DNA from: Cyanobacteria bacterium LVE1205-1
GTDB taxonomy: Bacteria > Cyanobacteriota > Cyanobacteriia > CAIUCS01
NCBI GenBank assembly: GCA_041879355.1
Contig: CP089922.1
Span: forward strand, 379,910-443,909
DNA: 64,000 nucleotides
Direction of reading: 5' to 3'
The notes beneath the pieces are model-generated. The model was not told the origin of the DNA and did no database searches. It was given only the letters and a program-made list of their open reading frames with translations. Each line of letters opens with the position of its first letter. Position 1 is the first letter of the stretch. Made by a program: the position numbers and the translations under genes. Positions 30,117-42,381 of this stretch are shown in pieces.

Positions 30117-33100
30117 TTGGTACCAATGTCTCTGATTGAAACAGCAATTCGTTGGCGCCATGGCACTTTTGTTAGCGTTTGCCTGTTAGGTTTGTTGGGG
30201 TTGTTTTGTGGGATGCACCTCCCCTTAGAATTGCAACCGGGGGGCGATCGCCAGGAAATTACCATTACCACCAATTATCCAGGAGCCGCTCCGTCGGATG
30301 TGGAAGACTTGATTACCCGACCCATTGAAGAACAAATGGAAGGGGTTCTGGGTGTTCAGGAAATTAGCAGTTCATCCCGTTCCGGACGTAGTAGTATCAC
30401 GTTGGAATTTGGGGTTAATCGTAACCTACAGGAACGATTGTTGGATGTCATTACCCAATTACAACGGGTATCTGGTTTGCCCACGGAAGCCAATTCATCT
30501 GAAGTAAGGTTGGTTGGCGGTAACACTTCCCCAATGATGTGGATTCCCCTAGATTCTAAACCCGGTTTTACTCCCGATGCCGATCGCTATCGAGACTTGG
30601 TGGAAGATGTATTAGCACCCCGATTACGACAAGTGGACGGAGTCGGGCAATTACTCATTACTGGCGGACAACTGCGGGAAGTGGAGGTTCGGGTAGACCC
30701 CCAATCCCTGGCTGATCGTAACCTAACCATCGGGGATGTGGTACGGGTATTACGGGATAATAATCGTGATATTCGGGGTGGTCCCTTAGTGGTGGGACGA
30801 CGGGAATATCGGGTGAGGACGGTAAGTCGCTCCCAGGATCTCAATCAACTGGGAGGGTTTATTCTCCGTCGCAATGAGAGGGGGGTGGTATATCTTCGGG
30901 ACGTGGCGACCATTGTGATGGGACGAAAACTCCAGGATAGTGCGTTAATGCTAAATGGAAAACCAGCGGTAGCATTAGGTATTATCCGTCAGGTAGGGGC
31001 TAATGTCCCTGCAGTCTCCCGGGGGTGCGACAAGTAATTGCCCAGACCCAATCTGAATTGGATCGGTTAAATTTTGGGGTTCAGTTTTCCTATAACTATG
31101 ATGAAAGCGATTACATTACCCAAGCGGTTTCTCTGGTTCAACAGAATTTATTCAGTGGGGCTCTGCTGGCTGTTCTTATCTTGATATTATTTTTGGGCTC
31201 TATGAGAACGGTGGCAGTGGTGGCTTTGACAATTCCCACCAGTTTGGTCAGTGTATTCATCATCATGGCATTGACTGGGCGAACCCTAAATATTATTAGT
31301 CTTGCAGCCCTAGGGTTTGCCTCTGGCATGGTGGTGGATAGTGCAATTGTTGTAATTGAAAATATTTTCACCCATTTACAACAGGGGAAGGGTCCGGTGC
31401 GGGCAGCAATTGACGGAACCCATGAGGTATGGGGGGCGTTGGTGGGCTCCAGCCTCACCAATGTGGCAGTGTTCTTACCCCTTGCCTTGGTACAGGGGGA
31501 AGTAGCCCAGTTATTTATTGATATGACCATCACCATGACCGCTGCCACTGGCTTTTCACTACTGTCAGCAATCACCATTGTACCCATGTTATCAGGAGTA
31601 TTTCTCAGCCAGTCAGAGGCACTGCAAGTACTATCAGGAGACTATTCCCTCACGGGTAATTGGATGTGGCGGGCGATCGCCCGCAGCTCTGCTATTTTTC
31701 GGATATGGCAGAGACGATTGGAAAAGGGGTTGTTGACAACGGTAACATGGGGTATTGGTCGGGGACGATTAAAGCAGCGACTCATAGTATTAACCATCCC
31801 CCTATTCCTAATTGGGTTTAGTTATTTCACCCTCCCACCAGCGGATTATTTACCCCAGGGAAACCGCAATCAGATTTTATGGCGGGCTGAACCATTACCA
31901 GGCACCAGTATCCCTGAATCTATCGCCTTATCCCAACCCCTCCAGCAATTCTTACGCCAACAACCTGAAATTGACCGAACCTTGTTTATTGACCGTCCCG
32001 GTGGTCTACGAGCCATTTCCATTATCCTTAAGCCGGAGTATGGAACGGATGGGATGTTATCGGCAATGGTGCAACGGCTCCGGCAACAGAGTGGTAACTT
32101 TGCAGGGTATCGTTTTTTGATCCCAAGTCGTTCATCCATTTTTCGCGATCCTGGGAAGGAATTTAAGATTAATATAATCGGTTCTGACCTAGATCAACTG
32201 AGTCAATTTGATCAAGAAATCACCACCTCCTTACGCACCCTACCGGGGGTGAATAGTGTCCGGTCTAATTTTGTTTTCGGAGCTGCTGAATTACAAATCA
32301 TTCCCAACCGTGAACGATTGGCAGAAGCAGGCATTTCTGAATCTGACCTGGCGGGATTGGTGGAAGTAGGATTAGGAGGACGACTGGCTTCTAAATTGGT
32401 TGATGGTGCAAATGAATTAGATGTGGTAGTCAAGTTGAAAAAGGGGACTGTGGGAACCCCATCTCAACTTCGTCAGTTACCCCTATTCACTGGGAATGGT
32501 CGCCGCGTACAATTGAGTGATGTGGCGGAAGTTAGGGAAACCACCGCACCCGATGTCATTCATCGGATCAATTCACAACGGTCTATTACCCTCACCATTG
32601 GACTGGCTGATGACGCTCCCCTCGGCGCCCTATTAAAACGAGTTCAGGATCAAATTATCCTTCCATTTCAGGAGGCGGCTCCCCCTGGGTACCAGATTAA
32701 TTTAGCGGGTTCAGCAGACCGATTAGCTGAGACGACTGCCCAGCTCGCCGCCGCATTTTCAGTCTCCATTGGGGTGATTTATCTACTGCTAGTTGCCCTC
32801 TATCGCTCTTGGATCTATCCATTAGTCATTATGGCAACAGTTCCCATGGGAATGAGTGGTGGATTATTAAGTTTGGTATTGGTTAATTGGATCCCTGGTG
32901 TCCTCATTCCCTTCGATATGATCACCGCCTTAGGGTTTATTATGCTCTCAGGCATTGTGGTGAACAATGCCATCCTGATCGTGGAACGTTCATTACAACT
33001 ACAACAGTCTGGCATAGCCTATGAACAATCCCTCTATGAAGCCACCCAGGATCGGCTACGAGCAATTTTTATGTCGGCTGGCACCAGTGTTTTAGGTATG

Positions 33101-33256
33101 TTACCTCTGGCATTGGTGCCAGGACAGGGAGCAGAACTTTATCAGGGATTAGGGATTGTTTTAACTGGTGGTCTTGCTCTATCAACCCTCCTCACCCCTA
33201 CGGTGGTTCCTGCGTTAATGGGGTTAATCCAGGATATTGTTCCGTCTAAATCGTGA
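30117..33256 (+). pseudogene. RND efflux transporter permease (AcrB/AcrD/AcrF family), one frame break
   Basis: ORF 30117..31037 ends ...GANVPAVSRG. The next frame reads VRQVIAQTQSELDRLNFGVQFSYNYDESDYI... and joins ORF 31025..33256. The break is in G-run 31021-31025. The merged protein is about 1045 aa with 12 TM helices. Confidence 0.85.
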
Positions 33257-33322
33257 ACTCAATTTAAATTCACATCAGGTTGAACCCTAAGAACCCCATT
33301 ACCGTCGTTGGTAAACCAGACC

Positions 33323-34374
33323 CTAGGGAAGAGGTAACACTTGAACGGGTAACTGAGCTTGGCGTAACTGTTTTTCCACTTCGTCAGCGGTTTGTCGATC
33401 CCGAAATAACCCAGCCTGCATGACAACCTGACCATTTAATTGAGTTCGGAATGCATCAGGAACGATGGTTCTGACTTGGTTTTGTTGGATAGGATTAGTA
33501 GCAGGTACAACTACCCGATACTTAAAACCCGATGGTACAACTCTAGGGGGGTGGTAGGAGTTGAGGGATTGGTGGGTCTGACCAGACTATTGGCTGTGGA
33601 AACGGGAACGGCACTAAACTCGATCTCCCTGAGGGGACCCTTACCAGTGGGTTGATTAGGGATATTGCTGGGTGGTTTAGATGTACGGATAGTGGGCGGG
33701 GGCGGCAAGATAGAAGGTACTTGAGAGGTGGAGGGAGGTACGGTGGGCTTTGGACTAGAGGGAGGTGTGACTGAGTTGGGAGTAGGGACGGTAGCAATAA
33801 GACCAGGGATGGCTTGATCATTGGTAAGGTAAATGTGCCCAACTGCTTTGCCCTCAAATACCCGTCGCGTCATCCTCCAACCAGGATTCATGATGATCTT
33901 GGTAAAACCACTGGTTACTCCGCGAGTCCGACCAATTTCCACCGAACTTGCTTTGGAAGACCTTGTAGGAACACCCATCAGCACTAAGTCGTTCCCCTGA
34001 TTAACCATTCGAAGGCTATATTGTAATCCTAAATCCTGACCAGCAACTCTTAGAGAGTATCCATTGCTATCTGTACTGCGCCCACATATCCCCGTAAAGT
34101 CAAACTTGAGGAGTAAAGGATCAATGGAAACTGGATTATTTCCCGATTCAGTCCAGCAAGGACGACTGTTGGAAATTTGTTCAAGGATCAATAACTGATG
34201 GGTAAGACCACCAGCAAGTTTTCTATTTGACCCAATGGGCGCTGCGATCGCCACCACTCGTTGGGGTTCAATTTCAATATTTTGAAAGCGAAAGGCTAAG
34301 ACGGACTGACTACTGAACCATCCCCAACCTAAACCAGACAAAATTGCCAACCCGAACCACTGATGTGTTTTCAT
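33323..34374 (-). pseudogene. secreted DUF3747-like protein with Pro/Ser/Thr linker and SPOR-like C-terminal domain, one frame break
   Basis: The signal peptide is MKTHQWFGLAILSGLG (ATG 34374). After the C-run (33546-33551 on the plus strand) the next frame reads RVVPSGFKYRVVVPATNPIQQNQVRTIVPDAFRTQLNGQVVMQAGLFRDRQTADEVEKQLRQAQLPVQVLPLP*. Confidence 0.5.
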
Positions 34375-34679
34375 GATAGATTTCCTGATTAAGACAAAGT
34401 TGAGTGCTAGTGATATTTTCAGAAATTCACTAATTTTTAACCGTAATGAAACGTAATGAACCATCGTCCCCAAAAAACAGGATTATGTTTCTCTACTCTA
34501 CGAATTTACAGACAGAGTTTGGAAAGTAGTTCATCTTTCAATACCTGATATTGAAGTCACTCAATCAAAGTTTGCTATAAATTCGCTTCACTTCTTCTAA
34601 GGACGATTCAGGAAGAAATAGGTTGCAGTTTTTCTAAAAAACCTTTCAATTCAAGCCTAAATGATATAAATTAACATCT

Positions 34680-37033
34680 TTATTCCATTCTCAGGGTGAG
34701 GGAATTAACCACCACACTGATGGAACTGAAAGCCATCAGTGCTCCTGCGGTGGCGGGGTTGAGAACTATTCCCCAAGAGGGTAATAAAACACCAGCGGCA
34801 ATAGGAATCCCTATTATATTGTAAGTCATAGCCCAGAAAAGGTTTTGACGAATTTTGTTGAAAATAGACCGACTTAACCAAATAGCAGACACCACATCCT
34901 GGAGGCGATCGCCCATTAAGACAATTTGAGAGGATTCAACCGCCACATCAGTGCCAGAATGAAGGGCAATTCCCACATCCGCTTGTGCTAGGGCTGGTCC
35001 ATCATTAATCCCATCTCCAACCATTCCAACCCGTTCTCCAGCTTGTTGCAGACGGGCGATCACTGCCGCCTTTTCATCAGGACGAACATTTGCCAGCACC
35101 TGGGTATTCGTCAGCCCCAGTTGGTTGGCAACCGCTTGAGCAGGGACTTCCTGATCTCCGGTCATTATCATTACGTTCAAGCCAGATTTTTGTAAAATCG
35201 CTATGGTAGATTGAGCATCTGCCCGTAAGTCGTGGCTAATAGCCAATAGACCAGCTAATTGATGATTAACAGCCAAAAAAGTGATTGACTTATTGGCATG
35301 AACCAATAGGTCTGCCTGGATAATTGCTTCGGCAGGGATGATTACTCCTTCCGATTGAAGCCAGGGTACTGTTCCCACTAATACCTGCTGCTCCCCTACT
35401 GTGCTATTGAGATCCACCAAAGCACTTACCCCTTCACCGGGAGCAGTATAAAAATTTCGGGCAGGGAGTAGGCTAATTCCTTCGGCGGTTGCCTGTTGTT
35501 GAATGGCAGCCGCAAATGGATGATAAGTGCCACTCTCCACAGTAGCCGCAAGTTGTAGCAGGGAAGATGGTGAGAAATCACCAGTAGTCGGGATATACTC
35601 TGTGAGGCGAGGTACAGGGAGAGTCAGTGTACCTGTTTTATCAAAAATAATGGTGGTTAAATTATGAACAGATTCCAAAACATCTCCACCACGAATTAAT
35701 AAACCCCGTGCCGCTCCAATGCCCGACCCAACAAGTATGGCGGTGGGTGTAGCTAGTCCAAGGGCGCAGGGACAGGCTACCACTAAGACTGCAATGGCAA
35801 GTTTCAGACTGAATAAAAGGGGCGAACCGGTGGAAGAGGGGAGTTGATGATGCCCCATGGATGAAGCCGACTCCCATAACTGGGCCATAAATGGGTACCG
35901 ATACCATACCAAAATAAAAAAGTCAGGAGGGCAATGGTCATAACAATATAAGTGAACTTGCCAGCTACCCAATCAGCTATTCCCTGAATAGGGGCTTTAC
36001 GAGTTTGAGCAGTTTCTATAAGGCTAATAATTTGGGCGAGGGTAGTTTCTTCTCCAATGCGAGTAACTCGAATTGTAATCAACCCCGATTGATTGAATGT
36101 ACCGGCAATTACCCCATCCCCTGGTTGCTTGCCTACAGAAACTGACTCTCCCGTAATCCATGATTCATCTATTGTGGTTTTTCCATCCATTACTTCCCCA
36201 TCCACAGGGATTTTTTCCCCTGGCATAACTTGCAGCCAATCTCCCACTTGGACTTGTTCCGTGGGTATATCTAGGGTTGATTGGGTCTTGATATTTATGG
36301 GATGGGATTGTAATACCAAATGAACTGTAGATGGTAATAAAGTAATTAAATGATGTAATGCACCATGGGCTCGGGTACGAGCCCGATGTTCTAGGGTTTG
36401 TCCCAGTAGAATGAAACCAATCAGCATCACTGGTTCGTCAAAGAAACAATCCCAGCCGAGTTTTGGAAAAAATAAAGCGACCATACTAGCAGTATAGGCA
36501 GTCACTATTCCCAATCCAATTAATGTGTCCATGGTGGGAGCATTATTCCTGAGACCCCGCCAGCCATTTATCAACATGAATCGTCCTGGTCCCACCATGG
36601 ATAGGGTTGCCAGTCCGGCATGAAACCAAATATTGGATAGTAGGACTAAATCTAAACCAAAAAAATTGGCTATATGTCCTAAACTTGAAAAACACAGGAG
36701 GAGACTGGCAAAAACTAACCGTTGTATTTGAGTGGTAAACTCACGTTTTTCCAGTTCCTGCCGCTGTTGTAAAACCTTAGTGGTGGTGCCTTGACGGGGT
36801 TGACTGGGGAATCCTGCTTCAGTGAGTATTCCAGCCAGGTTTGCAGGTGTGGCCATCGCTGGTTCGTATTCCACTACAGCTAGTTTGGTAACCCAATTTA
36901 CCGTTGCCGCAATTACACCGGGATGTTGGATCAGCCGTTGTTCTACAGTTTGTACGCATCCTGCACATCTCATTCCATCAACATCTAAAGTGGCTATGGT
37001 TTGTAGTGGCGGTATTCGCGATTGGGTTTCCAT
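34680..37033 (-). pseudogene. copper-translocating P1B-type ATPase (CtaA/PacS-like), one frame break
   Basis: HMA domain GMRCAGC, then TGES, CPC, DKTGTLT and [11 protein letters not shown]. ORFs 35804..37033 and 34680..35972 join at ...[17 protein letters not shown], in the run at 35892-35894. Confidence 0.88.
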
Positions 37034-37412
37034 GATCCTGATAACTGAAATTAATAACCAAACATACTCTATCGAATCCCGATTCTAGTTTTAGCAAGCA
37101 CACATTAAAAGGAGACTTTTAAAAATCTCATTCTTTATATTTTATGGTTTGATAAAATAAACCTAAAATCCTCAAACTGGGTTGATCTTTTTTATCATAG
37201 ATGAAGCTGAACTGTTTTCCATAGTCATTTCCAGTTCCATTAGTCCTTTACTGGATGTCAACACTGAGCCAGTCGTTGCTAGAAATTTCCGTAGTAGAGT
37301 TATACGCTACACTAGTTAAAAATCCTTAAATTGTTAAGATATTCTTAAGTTTAGTATAAATATATCGATTCACAGCAATGACAGAAATTATTTCATCTAT
37401 CACTCTTCCCCC

Positions 37413-37709
37413 GTGGTTAATGCCGATGAAGAAGGACAATGGTTATATCATGCCCTTCACCAATGGCTGGATCAGGAATTTTTACCCGAATTAATTAATA
37501 CAACCATTGCCAAAAGAACCTCCCAGGTGTACGTTCGACAACGGTTAGAGGGGGAAAATGACTTGGGTTCATTAGTAATTGCCATTCTTACAGAAATGCG
37601 GGGGTTTGATTTTTCTAAAAGTTTTTACAGTGAGTTTGCTGTAGCCAATGCCGTTAGTGAACTATTACTTGCTAGTTTGGGAATTGATCAGTGTTGTGGT
37701 CAACCATAA
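37413..37709 (+). CDS. hypothetical protein (98 aa)
   Basis: Track ORF with a GTG start. An upstream ATG at 37378 (MTEIISSITLPP) would join it if C-run 37408-37412 had one more C, so the N-terminus is uncertain. Confidence 0.35.
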   Translation: MVNADEEGQWLYHALHQWLDQEFLPELINTTIAKRTSQVYVRQRLEGENDLGSLVIAILTEMRGFDFSKSFYSEFAVANAVSELLLASLGIDQCCGQP

Positions 37710-37716
37710 TTCCCAC

Positions 37717-38966
37717 TCAACGGGTGCCCCAAATTGTTTCTAGATAGTGGGCAATACGGTGAGCCGCTCCTGGTTTTCCTAGACGGTTGCGCCCATTTTG
37801 GCTAATTAAATACAATCGGTCTGGATCGTCAAGGATAGTTTTGAGTGTTGTTCCGGCTTGAGTTGGGTTAGTAATTAGGGTGACGGATGATCCTAATAGG
37901 CGGGTTTGGGCTTCTGCAAAGGCTCGAGTAAATTGGGGTCCTTGTCCGGGAATGGCAATAACCGGCTTTCCCAACCCCGCAAATTGTTCAGTTGCGGTTC
38001 CTGCCATGGCGATCGCCACATGGGCACGGTGTAAATAATCTGCAAAATCCCGTTGACTCATAGAGAATTGTACCGATCCTTTGTTGAGATGAACAGCAGC
38101 ATCAGATAGATTGATATGGGTAGTCTGTAGTTGCCAACCCTTAGTCAAGAGGGATTGAACGAAGGGTTGACAATCAAGATTAGCAGCAATGGCTGCTAAA
38201 ATTTGCAAGTCTACCCTCCGGTATTCTCCCATCACCCTATCTAATGCCATCAATAGTTGTTCCCAATTACGATACACTTCAGGAGCCCTAGAACCAGGGA
38301 GTAGTAGCACTGTGAGTCGGGCAGATTCATTGATTTCATAATTGGTGGAAGGATGTAACCCATCCATCATGGGGTTGCCTAAATCCACAGCAGGAATTTT
38401 AAATCGTTGTAACGTCAATGATGTCAACCGGTCTCTTGGAAATACGCCGCGACAACGGGTTCGGCTCATCAGCCAACGTTCCCACGGAAAGTAAATACAC
38501 TGAGTCATTCGTTCAAGCCCATAACTCCACCAGTTTTTTGAGGGAAGCCAACCCGCTTCATCGCGGAGATAGTACTCTGATTTAGCAGTGCCTACAAAAG
38601 CATAGTCCACCCCACTCCACCATGCCATTAATAGGGGTACAATATCCCCTACCGCTAGGATCTTACCCCCTGTTTTGACCACGACTTGATTGCTGTTAGT
38701 TGTTGAAGAGTCAGGGAAAATAGACCACTTCCCACATCCTTTAATAATTCCTTACTGTCCATGTTAATAAAGCCACCGGAAGGCATATTTTTAACTGAAC
38801 CAATGATGGGAATATGGCTTTGCTGATAGACCACCCCTTCCCCAACTAAGGGTAATGCAACAGCTTGTAAGTCTAAGTTCTGTTGTTGCCAAGACTGGAG
38901 AATACAAGCCCCAATCATATCTTCCCCATGACCGTTACTTAAACAAAGGATGTGCATAATTTGCAA
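37717..38966 (-). pseudogene. lipid-A-disaccharide synthase-related protein (TIGR03492-like), one frame break
   Basis: The N-terminal part MHILCLSNGHGEDMIGACIL...LTAIKSWSKQG joins GKILAVGDIVPLLMAWWSGVDYAFVGTAKSEYY at the run 38666-38670. The family call is from memory. Confidence 0.55.
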
Positions 38967-39142
38967 AATCTGAATATTTGTAAAGTAGATAGCAACGTTA
39001 TGATGGATGAATCAGTGTAGGATAATTGAGTCAATATTGACCATAGCTTAAACCCTTCCCATTGATACTGCCATGGGTAATGCTTAACAGAGAACCAAGT
39101 TGATGATTATCAAAGTGGATTGAATCCAATTTATTTTATCCT

Positions 39143-40532
39143 ATGATTCCCGTTTTCCAGCCACAACGGCAACCATTTCCTGGATTTTCAACTAACGCTT
39201 TACTGATCGTTTGGATAACGGTAGCGGCTACTAGTTTTGTTATTGGTTGGTTTAGTTTTAGTAAAGTTGAAGAGGCAATTCCTTTACCCGGCACGTTAGA
39301 AGAAACTTCTACTTTTAAATCTGTCCTAGCCCCGACGGGTACAATTATCAAACAGGTTTACGTCCAACCAGGACAACACGTTACTAAGGGGATTCTTTTA
39401 ATTAGTTTTGATCAATCGGTCAGCAGGGCAAAATTTGATCAACTCCAGCAGTATAAACATCAGTTGACCCAACGGCAACGGTTTTTTCAAGCTGTCATCC
39501 AACCTAATTTATCTTTGCACCAACTAGATACATTAACCATGAAGGTTCAGTTACCCTTGGAAGTCATTGCTTTGAGTCGGGAACGATTGTCTTTGCTAGA
39601 AAATATGAAACAGACCCCGTCACCGACCCCAACTGTTGCATCCAGTGACCGGTTTCCGGAATTAGAAAGGTGGCAAGGGCAATTGAAACAACTTCGACTA
39701 CGGTTGGATGAGGTGCAATTCCAATTGATAGGAGATCAGGCATCGTTAGCCGAATTAGAATCAGGGGAACGCCAGGAAGGCGATCCACCCTTATCTTCAA
39801 AAGTAACCCCATCCAGTGCCAAAGAACGAGAGTCTCAGTCGCTTACGGGAGGCAGTTCGGGTTCATCAGTCTACGGTAAATGGGTTAACAGAACAAATAA
39901 ACCAAATTGAACAGGTATTGGACTTAGCCAATCAAACCTATCCCCCTGGGAATCTGGATAGTTCTTCCCCGTCCCCAGTGGATGGCTTACAACAGGAACG
40001 TTTAAGGCTAAAGGAAATTGATCGTCAATTCCAAAATGCCCTCGCTGCTGATACTAATCAACTAAAACGATTAGATCAGGAACTAATAAAATATCAACGT
40101 ACCCTTAAAGATGAACTACTCACTGCTCCCATTTCAGGGATTATTACCGATTTACGGGCAGTGAATCCTGGTTTTGTAAACGATGGGGTGGAACCATTAC
40201 TAAAAATTGTTCCCGATGGGGCATTGGCAGCCAGAATTTTAATTCGTCTCAGGGACTTGCCATTTGTAGAAACGGGAAAGGGGGTGGAAGTCAAGTTGAA
40301 TCAGGCTGATAACCATTCCTTGCTAAAGGGACGAATTGTTCGCATTGATGGACAGAACCAACGCAGTTCAGCCCAAGATGGAGTCCCCGCTGTTGTTCAT
40401 TTCACCCAACTCCCCGTCCATTCATCAAGTCGTTCCCTTTATTCAGGGATGCCGGTCACGGCGATTGTTCGGATTCAAGACCGTTGGTTAATTCAGGCGA
40501 TCGCCAACCAGGTAACCAAATGGTTGGATTGA
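39143..40532 (+). pseudogene. HlyD-family membrane fusion / secretion protein, frame change near 39805-39830
   Basis: N-terminal TM anchor, a lipoyl-like segment (IIKQVYVQPGQHVTKGILLISFD), a long coiled coil, and a C-terminal beta domain (ISGIITDLRAVNPGFV...GMPVTAIVRI). It is split between ORFs 39143..39910 and 39816..40532. Confidence 0.7.
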
Positions 40533-40601
40533 AGTCTCTATCGCTGAACATTTGACAGTAACATCAATCAATTTTTGTGGCAGTAAAGGAGAGAACCCAC
40601 G

Positions 40602-41227
40602 ATGAACCCAGTAGACATTTTTCAAAAAGGGGGGATTGTCATGTTTCCCTTACTCATTCTTTCCATCCTTTCCTTAAGCACAATCCTTGAAAGACTGTGG
40701 TTTTGGACTTCCATCCTGACAAAAGAAAGAATCTTAGTGGATTAAATCTTAGCAGCTGCCCACCAAGACTGGTCGGTAGCGGCAGGGTTAGCAAAGCAGT
40801 CCCATGGACAACCCGTTGGTCGATTTTTATCAACTGCGTTGCAGTTAGACAACCCGGAACCTGAAATATTCAGACTTTGCTTAGAATCGGCTGCCCATGA
40901 TGAACTGACAGCCATGCGTCGGGGGAAAAATTACTGGAAGCAGTAATTGCCATTTCTCCCCTATTGGGTTTATTTGGAACGGTGGTGGGATTAATTCGAT
41001 CCTTATTATCCATTCGTATTGGTGATATTGGGACTGCTGCTACTTCAGGGGTCACCTTGGGGATTGGGGAGGCATTGATCAGTACTGCCGCTGGCTTAGT
41101 GGTTGCCATTACCAGTTTGGTTTTTTATCGTCTGTTCCAGGGTTTTTTGTTTAACCAAGTCAAGCTATTTCGCAAATCTGGCAATGACTTGGAATTGTTA
41201 TATTTACAACGCAAGGCTGATGGTTAG
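40602..41227 (+). pseudogene. exbB: MotA/TolQ/ExbB proton-channel protein, in-frame TAA plus one frame break
   Basis: [35 protein letters not shown]...ILVD, then TAA (40743-40745), then ILAAAHQDW in the same frame. A frame break at G-run 40921-40925 leads to [21 protein letters not shown]...[17 protein letters not shown]. Confidence 0.75.
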
Positions 41228-41263
41228 ATGTCCACCTTATCTTCTTAGTGCCCTATAAAGGAG

Positions 41264-41749
41264 TTATGGTTTTTGAGAACGGGAACGCCCTTCTGTCCAA
41301 AATGCAGACAGAATTAAACAAATAACCCCAATGTTAATAAATACGTCAGCCAGGTTAAAAATAGGAAATTGAATGAGTCGAACATCAATAAAATCAATGA
41401 CTTTACCACTGGCAAACCAATCAATACCATTCCCCAAAGCCCCACTAAAAATAAATCCAAAGCCCAATTGTTCTCCAAAACTTAACCGGGGTCCCCACAC
41501 CACCATTCCGAATAAAACTAAACTTACTAGTAAAGATACCCACCTGAGCCATTCCCCCTGTTCATGGAAAAGGCTAAAGGCTGCTCCACTGTTCACCACG
41601 AAAGTAAAGTGAAATACCCCAGGCCACACATGCCAAGATTCACCAATCTGAAAAACTTCCATCACCCAGTCTTTTGTGAAACGGTCAATGGATAATCCTA
41701 AAATCGCCGCACCCCAAAATAAGGGGTTTTTAAGTACTTTACTGATAAA
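41264..41749 (-). CDS. lspA: lipoprotein signal peptidase II; N-terminal TM helix is in frame but has no canonical start codon
   Basis: FVVNSGAAFSLF...GNGIDW...FNLADVFINIG. The frame is open upstream of the track start (41665) through KNPLFWGAAILGLSIDRFTKDWV up to 41749. A GTG at 41753 is out of frame. Confidence 0.75.
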   Translation of the reverse strand, partial: FISKVLKNPLFWGAAILGLSIDRFTKDWVMEVFQIGESWHVWPGVFHFTFVVNSGAAFSLFHEQGEWLRWVSLLVSLVLFGMVVWGPRLSFGEQLGFGFIFSGALGNGIDWFASGKVIDFIDVRLIQFPIFNLADVFINIGVICLILSAFWTEGRSRSQKP

Positions 41750-41775
41750 TCACCTCGGGAATTCCCTCCCCTAAC

Positions 41776-42381
41776 TTAAAACATAATTAGACGAAGAATA
41801 AATGCTAAAACTGTAACGGCACAGGTTATTCCTAAATGCCCTAGTAAGGTATGACTGGAAAACTTAACCATGGCTAATTCCATGGGAACCTGCATTTCAC
41901 CTGTAAAACCCAATTGGTGGATAATGCCTAGATAGCATAACCCAACCAGATGAATGATGACTAAACCGCTAAAGCAACAAAATGCAATGGATTCTAGTCG
42001 GGGAGGAGTTAGGAAGGCAAGCCAACCACAAACCCAAGCACCGGGAATAAAACCAAGTAGATAGCCAAAGGCAGGTTGCTGAAAGTAGGATACTCCGCCC
42101 CCTTGGTCAAAAATGGGAAAACCTGATAAACCTAAGGTTAAGTAGGCGATTTGGGACAATGCCCCAGCATTCCGCCCCCCAATACAGGCAATTAGTAATA
42201 CTGCCCCAACTTGATAGGTAACTCCCAACGATTGGGTGGAGATTTGACCATCATTCCATGCCCAAGGAGGATCAGCAATAAATGCCTGGACAAATGTTCC
42301 ACTAATCGTGAGAATTAAACCAATTAATGCCCAGAGTAGATCCTCTGGAGTCACTAAATTGGATTTAGGTGGCGGTGCCAT
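41776..42381 (-). CDS. bioY: biotin transporter BioY
   Basis: LWALIGLILTISGTFV...GVTYQVGAVLLIACIGGRNAGALSQIAYLTLGLSGFPIFDQGGG...FGYLLGFIPGAWVCGWL. Confidence 0.8.
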   Translation of the reverse strand: MAPPPKSNLVTPEDLLWALIGLILTISGTFVQAFIADPPWAWNDGQISTQSLGVTYQVGAVLLIACIGGRNAGALSQIAYLTLGLSGFPIFDQGGGVSYFQQPAFGYLLGFIPGAWVCGWLAFLTPPRLESIAFCCFSGLVIIHLVGLCYLGIIHQLGFTGEMQVPMELAMVKFSSHTLLGHLGITCAVTVLAFILRLIMF

